Below, one piece after another: positions 62,561 through 64,000 of a stretch of 64,000 nucleotides of DNA. The translations under genes were made by a program, and so were the position numbers. How positions within the stretch are numbered: the first letter of the stretch is position 1; every line of letters begins with the position of its first letter. The DNA comes from Carcharhinus longimanus (taxonomy: Eukaryota), in the NCBI GenBank assembly GCA_030264375.1, contig JASCQW010000139.1:32122347-32186346 (forward strand), given 5' to 3'. The notes beneath the pieces were generated by a model. That model was not told the origin of the DNA and searched no databases. It worked only from the letters and a program-made list of their open reading frames with translations.

Positions 62561-63322
62561 ATCTGATAAGTGACAAACAGCAACAGGGGTATACAGACTG
62601 ATAACTGACACACGGGAATATTAATGTACAGACTGATAACTGATGCACATTAAAAGGGATATACAGTTTAATAACTGATACACAGGAACAGGGATATACA
62701 GACTGATAACAGATACACAGGAACAGGGATATACAGACTGATGACAGATACACAGGAACAGGGATATACAGACTGATAACTGATGCACATCAACAGGGAT
62801 ATACAGTTTAATAACTGATGCACAGGACCAGAGACGTACAGACTGATAACTGATGCACATTAACAGGAATATACAGTTTAATACCTGACACACAGGAATA
62901 TTGATGTACAGACTGATAACTGACACACAGGAACAGGGATATACAGACTGATAACTGATACACAGGAATAGGGATATGCAGTTTAATAACTGATACACAG
63001 GAACAGGGACATACAGACTGATAACTGATACACAGGAACAGGGATATACAGACTGATAACTGATACACAGGAACAGGGATATACAGACTGATAACTGATG
63101 CACATCAGCAGGGATATACAGACTGATAACTGATGCACATCAGCAGGGATATACAGTTTAATGACTGATGCACAGGAACAGGGATGAACAGACTGATAAT
63201 TGATGCACAGGAATAGGGATGAACATGCTGATAACTGACGCACATAAACAGGGATATACAGTCTAATAACTGACACACAGGAGCAAGAATGTTCAGACTG
63301 ATAACTGACACACAGGAACAGG
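62561..63322. repeat. 35-bp minisatellite, about 22 copies
   Basis: Consensus gactgataactgatacacaggaacagggatataca; exact 35-bp spacing (62596, 62631, 62666 ... 63296). Confidence 0.95.
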
Positions 63323-63403
63323 AAAATGTGATCACTGGGGGATTCACTGGCCAGTTCCTGGTTCATAACTCAACTAATTACAACTGGCTTCTGCAAAGCA
63401 GCC

Positions 63404-63437
63404 TTTTAAATACTGCTGCCAACCAGAAAATGATTGG
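63404..63437 (-). promoter_or_regulatory. Possible CCAAT plus TATA-like core promoter of gene B
   Basis: Minus strand CCAAT (63437-63433) followed about 20 nt later by TATTTAAAA (63412-63404), pointing toward gene B. Motif evidence only. Confidence 0.25.
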
Positions 63438-64000
63438 GAACCCCAGCTGATTTTCTGTGGCACCAGCAGTGGTCATTGTTGTTCCTGTTGTAATATTTAC
63501 ATGTATCTATGATCAGGCAATCATGTAGCTTTAAGAGATGTAAGTGTAATGTCATACCACCTGTCATTGTTGTATAGCGATACTAGCCCTACCTTGAATA
63601 CCAGCCACCAGCTGCCACCATACCACGTTCTTGTGTTATCATGTAGCTCATCTCATGTGAACTCTGAGACAGAGTTCTTGCTGAGAACAAGTATCACAAA
63701 ATTCATTCATGAATATTTGCTGAATACAAGGGTTAACACTGGTTAACACTGCAGCCTCACTGCGCCAGGGACTCTGCTTTGACCCTGGCTGGGTAACTGT
63801 CTGTGTGGAGTCAGCACATTCTCCCCATGTTTGTGTGGGTTTCCTCTCCTATAGTCCAAAGATGTGCAGGTTAGGTGAATTGGCCATGTTAAATTGCCCC
63901 TAAGTATCCAAAGATATGTAGATTAGGGGAATTACCGCGATGAATGTGTGTGGTTACAGTGTTGGGGGAACGGGTTGGGTAAGATGCTCTGCTGGCATGT

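Noticed and set aside
62561-63322. CRISPR-like array or Cys-rich repetitive ORFs (62481-63366)
   Set aside because: Units are head-to-tail with no unique spacers, the context is vertebrate, and the ORFs in several frames are translation artefacts of the minisatellite.

Overview
This is vertebrate genomic DNA, almost certainly a shark or other elasmobranch (dense HE1-type tRNA SINEs, CR1, Rex1/Babar, L1 and Penelope fragments; gapped assembly). It holds two paralogous animal heme peroxidase genes (MPO/EPX/LPO/TPO family) arranged tail-to-tail. Gene A (+) shows only its 3' part: exons at 669-13568, with one essential exon not visible and probably lost in a 100-N gap. Gene B (-) is nearly complete: 12 phase-compatible exons from 59993 to 23127, a probable Gly-rich last coding exon and a frameshifted candidate signal-peptide exon. 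Both carry a TPO-type 5-Cys Sushi/CCP exon but no visible EGF or transmembrane exon, and both have the MPO-type intron before GDxR. Gene B has Thr instead of the heme-ester Asp (WGQWITHD), and neither gene has the MPO Met243. Also seen: minimal hammerhead ribozyme motifs in Penelope termini inside introns, a tandemly duplicated splice donor after the gene B Sushi exon, and a 35-bp GATA/ETS minisatellite at the 5' end of gene B. Exon boundaries were read by hand; repeat boundaries are approximate. Comparisons with human MPO/TPO come from recalled knowledge, not from a search.
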